Shown: positions 25,557-39,697, numbered from the whole stretch's first letter. The stretch is 61,718 bases of DNA, filler included, from Choristocarpus tenellus KU-1152 (GCA_964200185.2; 13 parts of 13 records of this genome joined end to end with filler, not necessarily neighbours in it), one strand, 5' to 3'. Numbers and translations are program-made. The notes: generated by a model not told the origin, from the letters alone.

Positions 25557-26217
25557 ATTTCTTCAATATATCTTGATGGATTGACATGTGTGAGTTTGGT
25601 GTGCCAAGCTTGGAAGGAGGAGGTGCAGGTTTACTCCACTAGTTTGGATTTCATCTCAATGTTTAGTACTTAATATAGATGATGAAAGAATTGAACCATC
25701 ATAGAGGGGGGTGCTGTTGTTGTTTTAAGGTGTTTTGACTCTTTCTGGCATGTATCTTTTTGGCTGTGTGTTCTCCAACCCAATGATAAACACTTCCATC
25801 CACAGGGCATTTTCTTCTGCATCCACAAACTCCTGATGTGGGTTACATGAATTTGGGTCTCAAAAGATGTGGTGTTAGGCATCGCATTTGTAAGCCCTTC
25901 GACAACAAAATGTCGAAAAAGTTATCTCCCCTGTAGGATAGTTTAGTTTCGAGGTCAAGGAGACAACATTGACTACGATATGCTGAACCTGCTTGTGCGG
26001 TTGGTACATTGGATATTTGCAATGTTTCAGAGTCAAGGTTTACTCGAATGCACAACACTTTTTTGCCTTTTTTAAGTATCTAGCGTCTTTCATTCAAGCC
26101 CTTTATTATGACTCAAAGATTATTTTGTGTACAAGGTCTGTACAGAGTGATCGACTCAAGTACTGCGGAAATGACATTGTACCTCTAACACAAGAGTTTC
26201 CAATTATCATTTCTCCT

Positions 26218-26474
26218 GAGTGAAAGTATCTTAGAGGGTACGAGGTTTCCCCTGTTTGTCCATTTGGGCTTGGCTTCCCATGGGATTTTAGAGACATATT
26301 CCGACTCCAAAATATTTCAGAGTATGTAAAATGTACTCGTTATGAAAGAATGTGTCGAGAACATGGTTACTGACACTTCTCAGCAAACACAATAACCAAA
26401 ATTACACGAAAATTGCAACATTGGATTTTGGCCCCCACATGGACTCAGCTCTACCCTCTAAGATACTTTGGCTC
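26218..26474 (+). mobile_element. MITE family A, complete
   Basis: Both TIRs present; 4-bp TSD tcct/tcct. Confidence 0.9.
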
Positions 26475-26715
26475 TCCTCTAAGCCTGGTTTTTGGATTTT
26501 CATCCATTGTTCTTGTTCTCTTTTTCTGCAAGATTATTCTTGCACCGACTCCTTCTCTTTTCTGACCCTACACTTCCAATACCTTTTGCCACTAAATTAA
26601 CCTCCCCCGTGAAGTAAAGTGATGCTCTAGTTCAAACTCTTTGGTCCCTCCCCTCTTCATCCTCTGCCGAATCTCTACTATGCCCGCATCCATTGCATGC
26701 AACGTGTCTTTCCAG

Positions 26716-28672
26716 GTAAATGAGTACAAATATGAAATGGAACGACTAGGTCGGGAGCTGCAGGATGTAAAGCGGAAGTATTATGAGCACAAGAGGAAGG
26801 AGCAGGTGAGGGCAAGAGTAAAATATAAGACTGAACAGTTGATGCTGCAGCCACGCATAATAAACCTACTCTCAACATCCACGCCAGCGTTTTGACAAGC
26901 TAAGAGAGAAATTTTGCCCCATACATTTGAAGGTGTACGATACGCTTTCACCTGTCCTAGGATTCCCCTTTCAGTCCTACATCCCCTCGGCATCAATGGT
27001 GTTGTCCTCTGGAGTAGGAAGTACAACGAGGCATATTGTTATTACAGCAATGAGGGGAGGTCTAAAAAGCTGACCGAGGGAGCCTATTTGAATCAAGGCC
27101 CGTCATGATAGTGATTTCATATTTCGGTAAGGTAACAGCAACTTTCGAAAACCCCACAACAACTGTTCGGTAACGTCAACTGTGAAATAAATCATACAGC
27201 ACAGCAATGGAAATTTTTTGGAAAAAAATACGGCACACTGTGGTAGCATCTACTGTGATATATAACCAATGGGCATAGTAACAGTGATTTTGTAAAAAAG
27301 TACTGTACGTTGTGGTGAAGGAATATGGCAAAGTACACTGTTTACTGTGTAGAATGGTAATTCTAAAAGACCAAAGTTAAGTATGGCAATTACACCTTTC
27401 CTACAGTTGTTTGGCATTCGGATGGCACAGCATGGACAGTAAGTACACTGGTTCCAAGTTTCCAATGGTAGTTCAGGTCTCTACCACGTACAACTATCCT
27501 ACACACCCTGGGAGCCCCCTCTATTGATATGCGGGCAGACTGTCCAAAAGAATACACCTATTCTATGTATGAAGTATTGTGTCTGTTATCTGTCTTAACT
27601 GTACTGTGCAAACTTGATATATTGTTATAATATGGTGTAGTGTGAATATAGAGCATGATGATACGACCATCTACAATCTACAACTACCCAACCCTTCAGA
27701 CAAAAAAAGAGCCAAACCAATTGAGAGGTAGGCAGGCTTGGACCCTTCTGCGTTGTATGTAAATATGCAATTATTCTGGAATTACCAAGGTACGATACAG
27801 TTGTGATTGCTGTTTCCAAAGTGCTATGGTACTGTTGGATTACTGTCCACATCCTGCAATCATTACCGCAGTAGTCATTATCATGGCGAGCCTTGATTTC
27901 AACCACTGATTGCTATTTTTTTTTTAACTAGTTCCCCCGTCATATTTTTTGCAGTAGAACATTGCATATCTCTAGTGTTGTGAGTCATAGGGAGTGAATT
28001 GCTACAATTTCGTTAAATCCCAATTTATCAAACAGTAATTGAAGCATCATTTTGAGTATTTTTTTGCGTGAATGCAGGCTGTGCATACATTGTCCCCAGA
28101 GTTGAGCGATCCACGTGCCTCTCCATTGGTGTACTGCATAGGCACTTCGATTATAATCTACTGCATCGAGAGCTTTCTAGTCAAACTCAACTGATACTCC
28201 CAATTTTTTTCGGCTTGCAACACTCTGTTCCTCAAATAATAAGCTTCAAGAGTACAAGATATCTTTCAAGCCACTAATAAAATCTGGAACACTAAATTGT
28301 TGGTAGAGGATACCACAATGGAATATTTATTTGCTATTTCATCAAAGTAGTGGACATTGAGCCGGTGAGATGCCTTAGCCTTTCAGCCTCCCCCACCCCC
28401 TCAGTTAAAGTATCGTTGTTCGCATTTCTACCTTCACAAGCATCACCGAACGCTGGGGGGGGGAGGGTGTTTGAACACAGCAGGAGCAATGATGTCACTG
28501 CCTCTGTGTTGCAAATCATCCGTTCATCAATTTATATGTCACCACTTCTGCCCAGATGCTGCGTGAGATGCAGAACGAGAACGCAATATTGAACAATCCT
28601 GCAGAGCTGCAGGCACAGGCGCATGCCAACGCAGTCAAGCGCTTCACAGGCGGGGGCTTTGCCATCACTTGA
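26716..28672 (+). CDS. CFAP58: Cilia- and flagella-associated protein 58 (CCDC147/FAP58), last two exons 26716-26805 and 28556-28672
   Basis: VNEYKYEMERLGRELQDVKRKYYEHKRKEQ plus terminal ...KRFTGGGFAIT*, both characteristic CFAP58 C-terminal motifs; phase-0 CAG/GT junctions. Confidence 0.85.
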
Positions 28673-30594
28673 AAAAAAATGGGAAGGGGGAACAGGGCTA
28701 CCTACCAGTTTCTTGGATAGGAGGTTCTTTATTGAGTAGAGAGACGTTACTTGAACGGGATTGGGATCACCACCTGATGTTTTGGACACCACTGCTAATC
28801 GTAGTCGGCTCTCTCTTTACTTGGTAACACACCATACACATTTCCACTCCTCCTCCCATCTTTTTTTCACTTTTACAGTCACCGTTAACAACGTGTCCCA
28901 CCACCAAATAGCAGCAGCAATTTTTTCTTCTTTGGGCGGTGCATCATGTCATGAGGGGGGTGGGAGTGGGGGAAGGTTACTAGTGTAAGATGTCCGTTAC
29001 AGTATTTCAAAAATGATCTTGATCATCTTTGTAATCTAAATAATGTATTGTTGCTATGATATTATTAACTACACCTACTGCTGATACATTCCCACTCAAC
29101 AACATGCTCTATTCTACACTGCAACACTGGGTGTATTGTATTCTTCGATGCTTGGATGTTCTACACAGACTATATCGATACTGCCTTACAACAATTCAAT
29201 GGACACACTATTTTTATATTCCTCTTGTTCTGGGGTAAAATTTGGTTTTCTTTACCCTGGGGATTATTTCCCCAACATGTAGTCAGAAGCAACACACACG
29301 ACCCTACTTCTCATACCACTGGCGATTGTACCCTGACTGTTGCACATATGATGAATTGCACTGTCTCTATTTGCACCTTGCATCTTGGATTAAGGATTCA
29401 GTTATCCCAACATTCATGGGCCATAGTGTCCTAGAGTGCGAGGATGATTAGCCCAGGTTGTCGATTCAGGGCTTGATGATGTAATGAAGATACAACAATT
29501 TGATGTTATTTTTCGGGTGATTTTCCTTTACCTTTGGTTCAGGTAAGAGGATTGAAAAGGAAGGTGCATTCAGATGCAAAAAAAAGTCGTTACATCTGAC
29601 ATGTTCACTCAAATGACATGGAAATCACTACTCGGTCACACAGGCCCCCAATGGATGCCGGAACCCCCCTCTAGAATACTATGGGTCTCATTGCTCTGCT
29701 TCCTCCCTCGAATCTCGTGCTGGAACCACCCTCGGCGTAACTATACAATGACACCTTCTTGGTACCTCATTTGTTTCCAGTGAAAAACGAAACTAGAGGT
29801 GGTTGACCCACATCCCACATGGAATTGGGTTTGCCATCTTTAAAGTATTCACAAAAACCAGACATCAACCCAGAACCCAATCAACAATGTAGGGAGGAGG
29901 GGTTGAAGGTGGAAGTTGAATTGACCGACGTTGTGGTATTGAATCAGATATGGGTGGTGAGTTTTTACAGCCTAAGGAACGTAGCGCTTCATGTGCTTTT
30001 TGCATCGTTAAGTAAAAAATAAGTGGGTGTACAGGGTTCGATGTTGAGTCCTAGTTATATCATTTGATTGAGTGAAGGTGTATGGCATTGCCGAAGTTGC
30101 TGGGTGGTCTTTATCCTTGCTTGTGCTCTTGATGTAGGGTCCTCTATAGTTGGTAGTTTGCGAAGATAAAATGCGACTAACACCGTCTTTTTTCTTGTGG
30201 TGTTGGTCCGAGTCCGTTGCATCTTTTAAAAACTAAGAAAAAATACCAATGTTGTATCAGTCAGGTTGGTCTGGTTATGTACTTGCGCCACATTTCCAGT
30301 TAGTGCTGACATCAGCATTACCATAATATACTACCTCTGTGCCTTAAGATTGTGCAGCGAAACATCTTGGCTCGCCAAGAGAGAACGGCGCCGAATCGGA
30401 TGATAACCCCACAGAATGAAATCGGTTTGACAACCTCAGCTTTCAGAAAAGGTAGGGTCGAGGATCATCAGGTACAAACTCGAGGTGCTTCAAGNNNNNN
30501 NNNNNNNNNNNNNNNNNNNNNNNNNNNNNNNNNNNNNNTTAATTAATTAANNNNNNNNNNNNNNNNNNNNNNNNNNNNNNNNNNNNNNNNNNNN

Positions 30595-33500
30595 GGAGGG
30601 GGGGGGGGGGGCAGCCGGGGGGACCAGGGGTGGTGGAGGGGCGGCGGTTGCATTTCCGCCCGGAGTGATGGGAGAAGATGGTGAACCATTTGTGATCCAG
30701 AAGTTTATCAAGAGCAAAGGTCCACACGCCTTCATCAGAAGACAGGTATACGGCAGGGGTCCATTCACCCTCTCTACATGCTGCTCTTTGCTCTACCCCT
30801 GACCTCATCCAACCCTGTCTCGTCCTTGCAACCTGCTACCCTCAACATGATATAGGGCAGCAACACAACACTGGTCCATTGGACTCTTTCTTGCATTTTC
30901 TCCTCCCACACCCACAGACTTCTTCACTGGTTGTGCTGTATCCTTGCCCCCAGATTGCTGATGATGTAATCATGTTCCGCAGGCCACGAGCTCTATTACC
31001 ATGTTTTCTTTTGTCTCTTACTTACCATGGTACCCGAGTATTACACGTCACTGAACAGGAAATTGTACTCTACAATACCCATCCACATACAGCCTAACAT
31101 CCGAAGATACATCCATGTGCATTGTAAAAAACAGCTCTTGCATCACCCGGAAGCAACTTTCCGATTTTCCTGAGAGGGCCACAGCCTGACCATGAGTGGA
31201 TGAATACTAGGTCAATCCCAAGCAGTCATTCCACGCAAAACATGCACATCACTCCCCTCCTGGTCCAGATCATTACATTACCTCATTACCTACCCTCTAT
31301 TTTCCCTAAAAATGTTCAAAAAAAGGTGCTTGAGCATGGTCGCTCCCCCACTGCCTGGATGATTAGCAACAACAGGCCGTATGGGGGTGATATTAAGGAG
31401 GGAGAAGCAGGTGGAGGGGGGGAGTCTCTGGTCCTAGCAGGGTCAGGACTCTTGGGTCGCTTAGTGACCACCCCTGCAGAAGACTGGGGTTGTGGGATTG
31501 TGCCCTTGCATGGGGCGGCATGTGGCGAAACTGCAGACGCTGCAGGGAGACTAAAGCACCACCTGGAAGCTGTCATTGGGAGATTGTTAGATGTCCTGGT
31601 GAGGTGAAGGAGAATTCAAGATAGCTTATCAGCCACGTTAAAGTCAATAGCTCCGGCTGCTTGTGTGTGCGTGCTTTCTAATCTAATCTTGTCCCCGAAG
31701 CACTTCATACTCTTTTATGCTTGGCACTAGACGAAATGATTCATTTTCATCTGAGAGTACTTTACTCACCTTCGGTAGCCCTACCCACTGGTAGCAATGG
31801 TAGAGAGGATGGCACTATGCATTCCCCATCCCACTAAGAAAGGGAGTGAACACCCCGAAGGTAAGCGCGACGAGAGACTCCTGAACCAGCAGGACAGTCA
31901 ACTACAGTAAACAACTTACCACGCTACTGTGGCGATACATACTGCAATGTTTATCCTGAGGTGCCCAGGTTATATGCAGGGAACAGGCTACTTCTATCGT
32001 CCTGCTCTTGCTTTGAGTGAAAGTAACTTAGAGGGTACAAGTTTTGCCCTGTTTATCCGTTTGGGGCTTGGTTTCCCACGATTTTTTTTTACACTTTACC
32101 TACTCCAAAGTGTTTTGGAGTAAGTGAAATGTATATATTATGATAAGGTGTTTCCGGAAACAAGGATGTTGACACCTCCTAACAGACACGATAGCCAAAA
32201 CTACATCAAAATCGCAACATTGGATTTTGGCCCCCAAACGGACATGGCTCTACCCTCTAATTTGACTCTTTTCTCGTACGTTTTTGTTCTTTTACTGATG
32301 CGCTCTTGAAATTACCAACAAGGGTACGATACCCGGCAACGTCTGTTCATCGGTAGAATTATCCTCAGCACCAACTTGTGATTTCATATTTTCAGAACAT
32401 TTCCCCAACGATCGAGTGAATCCAACGAAGGCATTATTGACACCCATCTCGAAGAAACGCCATGGTATAGTGGTGGCTCCTCACCCCTGACTAGTTACTG
32501 CGGAACAAGACTGGTTTGACACAACGTCAACTTTCATTTATCTTCATGTGCTTGGGGAGCACTACGACATATCAATATCAAGATGTGCACAGCTATCACT
32601 CCTCAACACGTATCCATTACGATTCCTCACTATACTAAGTGGGAAAATGGTGTGCTCAAATAGGTCTGCGACTTCACTAAGGATGGCAATGGCCGCTGGT
32701 GGATGCTACAGGTAAAGGCAATGCGGTTCAGAAATTGCACCCCGTCCAAGCCCTTCAGCGGCTCAGGTTGCCACAGAAAACATAGCGGTTTCTCACAACA
32801 CCCACCGGGAGGGGAGGATCACCCCAGGGCGAATATAGGACATGACAGAAAAAATAGGGATGAGAATTGTCTAGGCTACGGGGAGGGGGAGGAGGAGGAG
32901 GAGGAGGAGGAGGAGGAAGAGGAGGAAACCTGTGGAGGCAGGGGTGGGATGTCAGGAGGTGGGAGACTGGTTGGGAGTTGGTTTTCACCCCCGACAAACC
33001 GCAGGCGTCTGCAGGCGTGCAGGATGTGCGCAGGGTGGTATCCTCCCAAGGAACTGAAGTTCCTAATGACTCACAAGATGGTTGCAGAAACCGTCGAACA
33101 CGTAAGTTTGGCTGCGTCCACGCCACGTTTTAACTTTTCTTCTTGGGCAGAAGAAATGTGACATGGAATGAACTACTGTGCTTGTCGGGGGGGGAGGGAG
33201 GGAAGGTCACCCTGCCCTGAGGCAATAATGTTGTCTCTTGATTTGTGTTGGATTGAAGAAGCGTCTGACTGGTAAGGAACTGAGGTCCTAAGGTCCTGAC
33301 AACTCCCTGCTCTTCAGTGTTGCATGGGAAACCAAGGCCTTTCAAGCATGGACCAACTCCCTCCCACTATCTCACCCCTGTCTATTGCGTCCATAATATA
33401 TTGGTGTGATATCTCCCCTCTTCAAACTTTCTGTCCCCTCCTCAAGACACAAACACACTAGCACATACCACATGATGACAGTACACAGGACTTATGGAGC

Positions 33501-35368
33501 GAAATGCAACGTTAATGTGCTGCTCATACTACCATCAAATGTCGTGTATGCTTTATCCACCTTCACTAGGTCGACCCCGCACCTAACATTCCTTTTGACC
33601 CTTCCCCTCCACCTTGGTGAAGACTGGAGTGTACCAAACATCAGTTTCAAAATAGTGAGTTTGCAATTGTTCCGAGGGCTCAAGAGCAGCAATAGACAGG
33701 GAACAACGAAAGCATCTTAATATGCTAATTATCCAAGATTAAGTTGTTCGGTGCCACCTCTCCGGTTGTAAATTATGGTACCAGGTGACCTGAATCGCTG
33801 ATAGCACAATATCCCTTGGAGTACTTCCCCCTTTATCCTGAACATGCAACACAACACGATGGCTTTCCCCCCTGCTTTGGCCCGCTACTCTCCTCCTCTA
33901 CCCATTTTCTGCTTTCCGCATCCGCTGCGGCTCATGTATCAACACATTAATCTTAAAAAGCAGTCTCTCCCCATTAGGACACCACTTTGTCAAGAAATCA
34001 AACGCCAGCATGCTAACGACTTCCGTCACTACTTCTCCCTTCTTTGCCAATGCAACCCTGCTCCACACGAACTGCCAGATCAGAAAACGACTTCCCTTGC
34101 ACTTAGTTCCACAGTCCCTTCTAGGCAGGCATCACACAGACCGACACAGTGGAGGCTCCAACACAAGTGCAGCCACAACAGGTGCCAGAAGAGACTTCTA
34201 CTGTACTGGTGTCAGTGACAGCAATGACGTATTGGGCAAAAATTCATGTACAAACGGCGTCTGTCCCTTGATGACTCTGCATGGAAATAGTGGGAAGAGC
34301 GGAGCTGTAGGTGGGTGTCTGTTCACACCCCCACCCTTTGAGTACATACACACATGCCAGCTGTGCTTCACGCTCTACCAGAAAGAGTGTTCCCTTATTA
34401 GGGTTCAGAGGCGCCTAGGGATTGCTGCAGGGGCTTTGCAACGGGAAGGGCTGCCTGTCAAGAGTGGTATCCGGCATGCAGCCAGGACCAGCGAGATACA
34501 GGATGTAAAGTTTGGGGGGAAGGGGATGGCAAGGCCAGGAGAAGTTGTCGGTCTCTATAAAGGGCTTGACCAGGGCAATCAGGACAGAGACATTGCGTGC
34601 AATGGAAGCAGCAATAACGCTAACACTGAATCAATGCCAAACACCCTCTCAGCTATACCGCACAAGACTGTAGATAGAGTTAACACCTCCTTGGCAGAGA
34701 CCATGGAAACAAAGAAGAAAGTGGAGGGGAAGGGAAGCGAGAGCAGGATGACAGGGGCTTCAACAGTAGTTCAGGCCCAGGGAGTCAAGGCTGTAGAGAT
34801 TCAAACCACCCGCATGTTTCAGGACAAGGTGGAAGTTGAGAGGTGGGGGAGGGTACTGCATCTGCGAGAGGTGAGAGGGGAGGCCTTGTGTGATATTTTT
34901 TCTTGTACTTGAATGAGTATCACAAGTTGAATGGAACTATGATGAAGCCTTTTTTTATTTACATACATGTTTTTATGTTTCTGTTCTTCACTTGGTCTTT
35001 GGTTGACAAAGATTGAGACAGTTCAATTTCAAGCATGGTGGGGGATTTAGATGAACAAATATCTTTCTTTCCAACGCAACGTCTCAACAACATTTTATCA
35101 AAATAGTTCTGCCCCATCGGGAGCAATCCTCAGGCATACTCCCTCATTCCTTGACACAAACGAACACAACCATAGCATGAGGGTATCATGTGGTATCACT
35201 TGACAACACTTTGTCACAGGGACCTTGATGCCACACCCACTCCACGAGCGGTTACAGAGTGGTTTCAACTTTCCGAAGAGCTACAGCACAGAAGTAGAAT
35301 AGAGGTGCCAGACTATATTAGTGCATGAGCTGGAAACAGTGATGATGCTACAACATTCTCGCAAAGCA

Positions 35369-35403
<35 letters not shown>

Positions 35404-37179
35404 GGCGAGAGAAGCCAAACACCTTGAAAGCAATATCTAAATGATCAAGCTAAGGATTCTTGCCTTGCAAGCACGTTCTTCAAATGTGAACACAACTACC
35501 TGCATGGGTGCTGAAGCTGAATGTGAATGGACTTGCAGGCGGAATGCAACCCATTGACTAAATGGAAGATATAGCCATTGAAGCATAGGTGCAGTTGGTG
35601 CTCTCCACACCACACAAGACGCTCTCCTACAGTTGTATTCTAAAATCTCAGTTTGTTGTGTTATTCTATTTGAATAGAACTAGGCTCAAAGTATCTGGGG
35701 GGGGTGGCGGTTGTCCATTTGGTGTCAGTTTTTTCATGTCACGATTTTCGGGTGATTTGGCTGCATACGTCGGATGGATAATGTAAATGCACTTTTCCTG
35801 CTTTTGACCCAAATAGACACCCTGGTGTAGACCCCCCCCCCTCCAGATACTTTGGGTCACTACTTACATCGGACTGCTCCGGAAAGTTACCTCTTACACC
35901 GGATGGAACACCTTCAGCCATATTTCAAGTATACCAATACCACATTTGACTGCCTACAAGCTGTCCACACAACAACACACAAATCCCTCTGCCCCATCTC
36001 ACCACCCCTTGAGGGAAAAACAATGCCTGAAGCAGGATTGCGAAGCTGTTGATCCCAAGGACATTCAGGGAACTGTCACTCTCTGCCGCTGTTTGGTGGC
36101 CCTGCAAGAGCTAGTGGATGTCCCCTCAAATTTCCTCCATCAACTGGAAGCAGCAAACATTTCCCTCAGCCTACAGTACGATTTCATGGGAAGAAGGGAA
36201 CTCATCAAACTGGACACGTCCAGTGCCTTCCCCTCCTTTGACTTGCAATCTGATTCCAAACACCCCCCTGCTACCATACACATGAATGACTGGGAGATGC
36301 CCTTGTCAAAACCATTCCACTCTGAACACATCAGCAGAGTTGATGGTGGACTGGAGATCAAGAACAAGACTGAACAAGATGAAGCAAACAACACTCCATC
36401 TGTGTCTGGAAAACAGTCTTCCCCCATGATTCATATCCCCGTCAATGCACTTAGGTGAAACTGTGTGTGTGGGGTAACAAACCCCATTATTCAGCATGCC
36501 AGGAGATTGCTACATAAATGGGGCGGGGCTTTACTTCTAGCCCAGGGTAGCTGGCAACATTGTGCATTGTTCTTGAGCATCTCAAAGACACAAAAAATGC
36601 TACCATCAGTCAAGGTTGCTATTGTTTTTGAGGGTGTGCATTTCTCATGCTTCCCCCCTGCATGCACAAAACCCTCCTTCAACCCTCACCTCTTTGTGCG
36701 AAACAGTCATCAACTTGTTCATATGGTATCCATGCCGTCTGAACAAACATCTCTCCTCTTGTTGACTCAACCCACTACTATTTCCTGTTGGGGGACAACA
36801 AAGGGTATACTCTTTTTTGGCTACAGAAACGCCAAAGAACGGAGTGTGTGCCGGCAGGGGCGGTCTCCAAACGTTTATCAACCTCCAGGAGAAGATCAAA
36901 GTCAGACTTGTGCTTTGTTCTGATGCTGGAAAAAAGCAATACCAGCCTGGACGTAAGGGATTCAAGGCACATGGTGGTGCTAGTGCTGTAGGGGAAGCTT
37001 GCACGGGAGCTGAAAATCAATCCACCTGTGCTGAAGGAAGTTGGAGGTCCAGGTTCGGCAAGGAGGGTGGACAGGGACATGATAGGAACCTTACAGACGA
37101 GGGTGGTGGTTCAGAGGAGCTGTTTGTGGGAGAGACAAATTTAGGCCTGGAACAGTTTCGGAACAACTGCATCCAAAAG
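30595..37179 (+). CDS. Uncharacterised multi-domain protein, partial; exons 30595-30745, 31326-31598, 32664-33101, 34079-34870, 36036-36454, 36804-37179
   Basis: All five introns are GT-AG and phase-consistent. The spliced product contains IQKFIKSKGPHAFIRRQV...AWMISN...LVCDFTKDGNGRWWMLQVKA, CRMC...MTHKMV...CQLCFTLY, and LCRCLVALQELVDVP...LQYDFMG...VGETNLGLEQF. Confidence 0.75.
32015..32268 (+). mobile_element. MITE family A, complete (intronic)
   Basis: Both TIRs present (5-bp deletion in the right one); TSD ttt/ttt. Confidence 0.9.
35371..35400. repeat. (CA)n microsatellite
   Basis: Seen directly. Confidence 0.95.
35683..35858 (+). mobile_element. MITE family B, complete (176 bp, intronic)
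   Basis: GGCTCAAAGTATCTGG(G)n...(C)nTCCAGATACTTTGGGTC; 4-bp TSD acta/acta. Confidence 0.88.
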
Positions 37180-37187
37180 GTGGGAAA

Positions 37188-37364
37188 GAGTGAAAGCATC
37201 TTAGAGGGTACGAGTTTTGCCCTGTTTGTCCATTTAGGGCTTGGCTTCCCGCAGGTTTAAAGGACATTCTACCTACTCCAAAATGTTTTTGAGTAGGTAA
37301 AATGTATACGCTATGAAAATATGTGTCCGGAACAAGGATATTGAAACTTCCAAACAAACACGAT
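37188..37364 (+). mobile_element. MITE family A, interrupted by a family B-type element
   Basis: Matches the consensus up to ACACGAT, then switches to GGGTCAAAGTATCTGGGG. Confidence 0.88.
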
Positions 37365-37440
37365 GGGTCAAAGTATCTGGGGGGGGGGGGGGGCCGGCGT
37401 CCGTTTTGGACCCTGACTCAAAGTCTCCAGGGGGCGGGGG
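37365..37440 (+). mobile_element. MITE family B-type element nested in family A (truncated at contig end)
   Basis: Family B-type TIR. Confidence 0.7.
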
Positions 37441-38042
37441 NNNNNNNNNNNNNNNNNNNNNNNNNNNNNNNNNNNNNNNNNNNNTTAATTAATTAANNNN
37501 NNNNNNNNNNNNNNNNNNNNNNNNNNNNNNNNNNNNNNNNCCTGAACGAAGAGAAGGCGGGAGGGAGCGCGTGGGTCTGGCATGCGTCAAACTTGACAGT
37601 GACAGCACACAAGTACGGTATCGTTGGGCTTAATGAAATCGCTTACCTCTAACATGATAATAGTACAATGAGTGTGGAACGCAAGCTAAATATCAAATGC
37701 AAAAATGCAAACAATAGGAAATTCTGTAATAGAAGGAAAGACGGCAAAAATAATGTAGTGAAGACAAGTAACACCAGCATGCGATTCGCGGACAATCAAA
37801 CAAAGAACTACGAAGGACCCGGAGGGAAAGAGCAAAAGACACAAAAGGAAATACAAGGTACAAAGAAGATGAAACAAAATGGGGAAAGCGAAAACGAAAG
37901 ACACACGACAGAATCCGCATCTTCTGGACGGCCGCCACCGTTTCCGATGGACACACGGGCGGACTGATAACGGCCATGGTGGATTGCAATAGTCTCCCGC
38001 AATACACCCCGTATTTCAGCGCTGGCGAACTCTGTAACTTAC

Positions 38043-39697
38043 CGTGTAGGCACTGTGATTGCACGGCCCACGGGTGGGGCAAAAATGGCGCGATGGTGCC
38101 CTGAGAATGTATCTTCACTTGCAAGAACTTCATCACCTGGCGCAAGTGGGTGTTGGTCGCCTCTTCGACGTTGAGGAGTCTTGGCTCGGCGGCGATGGAC
38201 ACTATGGCGAGCTTTGGCGTGTTGCGGAAGGCGAACTCTTTCAGGCCGTCTAAGGATAGCATTGGGTCGAGAGGGCGAAGGTTGTGTAGTGCAGTGTTCT
38301 CAGCCCAGGTTGGACATCATAACATATGACACAGTACACAGACAGCACGACAAGAAGGACAGCATCGTAAACAATGGTGCAGGCAATCGTATCATTAAGT
38401 GAGGTCCTGACAATATTTCCCCGGCATCCCCAAAATGTTAAGCCGTACCCTCCACAACGCCAGATCCATCAGATACATCTCGTGGAAGGAGGGGAGACGT
38501 CAAACAGGTAAGTTCCATGGCCCATGGAAACCTCCAAAAAAACGCCATACCGAACACACAAAGAACGAGCAATCCACATGATGTACAACCAGCCGAGACC
38601 CACGTGCAAACCAAAGCGAAACCGAACACGTAGAGATGACATGTATGTCCGTATAATGTGCAATCACGCCGAAACTCACGTGCCCTTCTCCATGTCCGCC
38701 GTTTCGCTGCGTAAGGGGACTTAAAAGGCTTTGCATGCTGGGTGACCCGCCCGCGCTCCTTGCGTTACCCTTACCCTTACCCTTGCCCCTGCCCCGACTC
38801 GCCGCTTCGTTCCCCATCGGTTCAGTCCCTTCACTGCCCTCCTTTGCCACGGGGCAATTGATACACAACCGATCCTTGTGCCTCTCGTCGCCCACAATCT
38901 CCACGTTGGCACATTCGCCCATGTGCGTGATGGAACACTTTGGGCAGGAATACCTGTCGCGCGTGGCATCGAATGAGAGCATCAAACAGACAAAGGAGCA
39001 TTTTTCCAAATCATTAATTGGGTGCAACAACGCAACGTGGGGATCCATGGCTACGAAGCACCACGAAATTGGCGGCACAAAACAATACGAAGTACAGGTG
39101 AGATACAACAGTCGGTTGCGACATGCACTAACACACTCGGGCAGTGGCAAATAAAGAGACCTGGGGGTAGCGACCACCAAGCAAGACAACCTAGTTAGCC
39201 ATTCGGGGGATTGGATGAAAACCAATCTTATGCCATTAATTACTCGTCATCCGCGTGTGCACCATTACAACTACATTACTCACCGGGATGTAGGTGGAGG
39301 ACTGGATTCAGTACAGCAAACGCCCGCATTCCACCCTCCATGGCCGTTTTGTTCTTCTTCCGCACCAGGAACGCCATCGACAGAACCCCCCTCGCCCGTA
39401 TCCTCCCTGCCTGGCAGTCCATCCCCTTCCTCGTTTTCGTCCCCTCCTTTGTGTTCGTCCCCTCCTTTGTGTTCGTCCCCTCCCTCGTCTCCGTTCCCTC
39501 CTTTGTGTTCGCACCCTCCCTCGTCTTCTTTCTGACCGCCATCTGATGCCGATCCGTTGTTGCTCTTGACGTCTGCGCCGCCGACATCACCGCCCCGCCC
39601 GCTGTGAACCTGGTGGAGGTTGACCTGGTTGAGGATATCCTGGTATTTCCCATCCCAGGTGGTGAGGTGCGCGTAGAGTTGAGTCCTTCTCGAGAAT
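38043..39697 (-). CDS. Probable multi-exon gene with a PHD-like Cys/His finger and Gly/Glu-rich repeat; possibly TE-encoded
   Basis: Candidate exons ~39697-39284 (GTGAGT donor; 18-bp GGDEHK repeats), ~39050-38680 (CSFVC...CPKCSITHMGEC...CINC; GTGAGT donor) and ~38250-38043 (GTAAGT donor). Phases are not fully reconciled. Confidence 0.4.
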
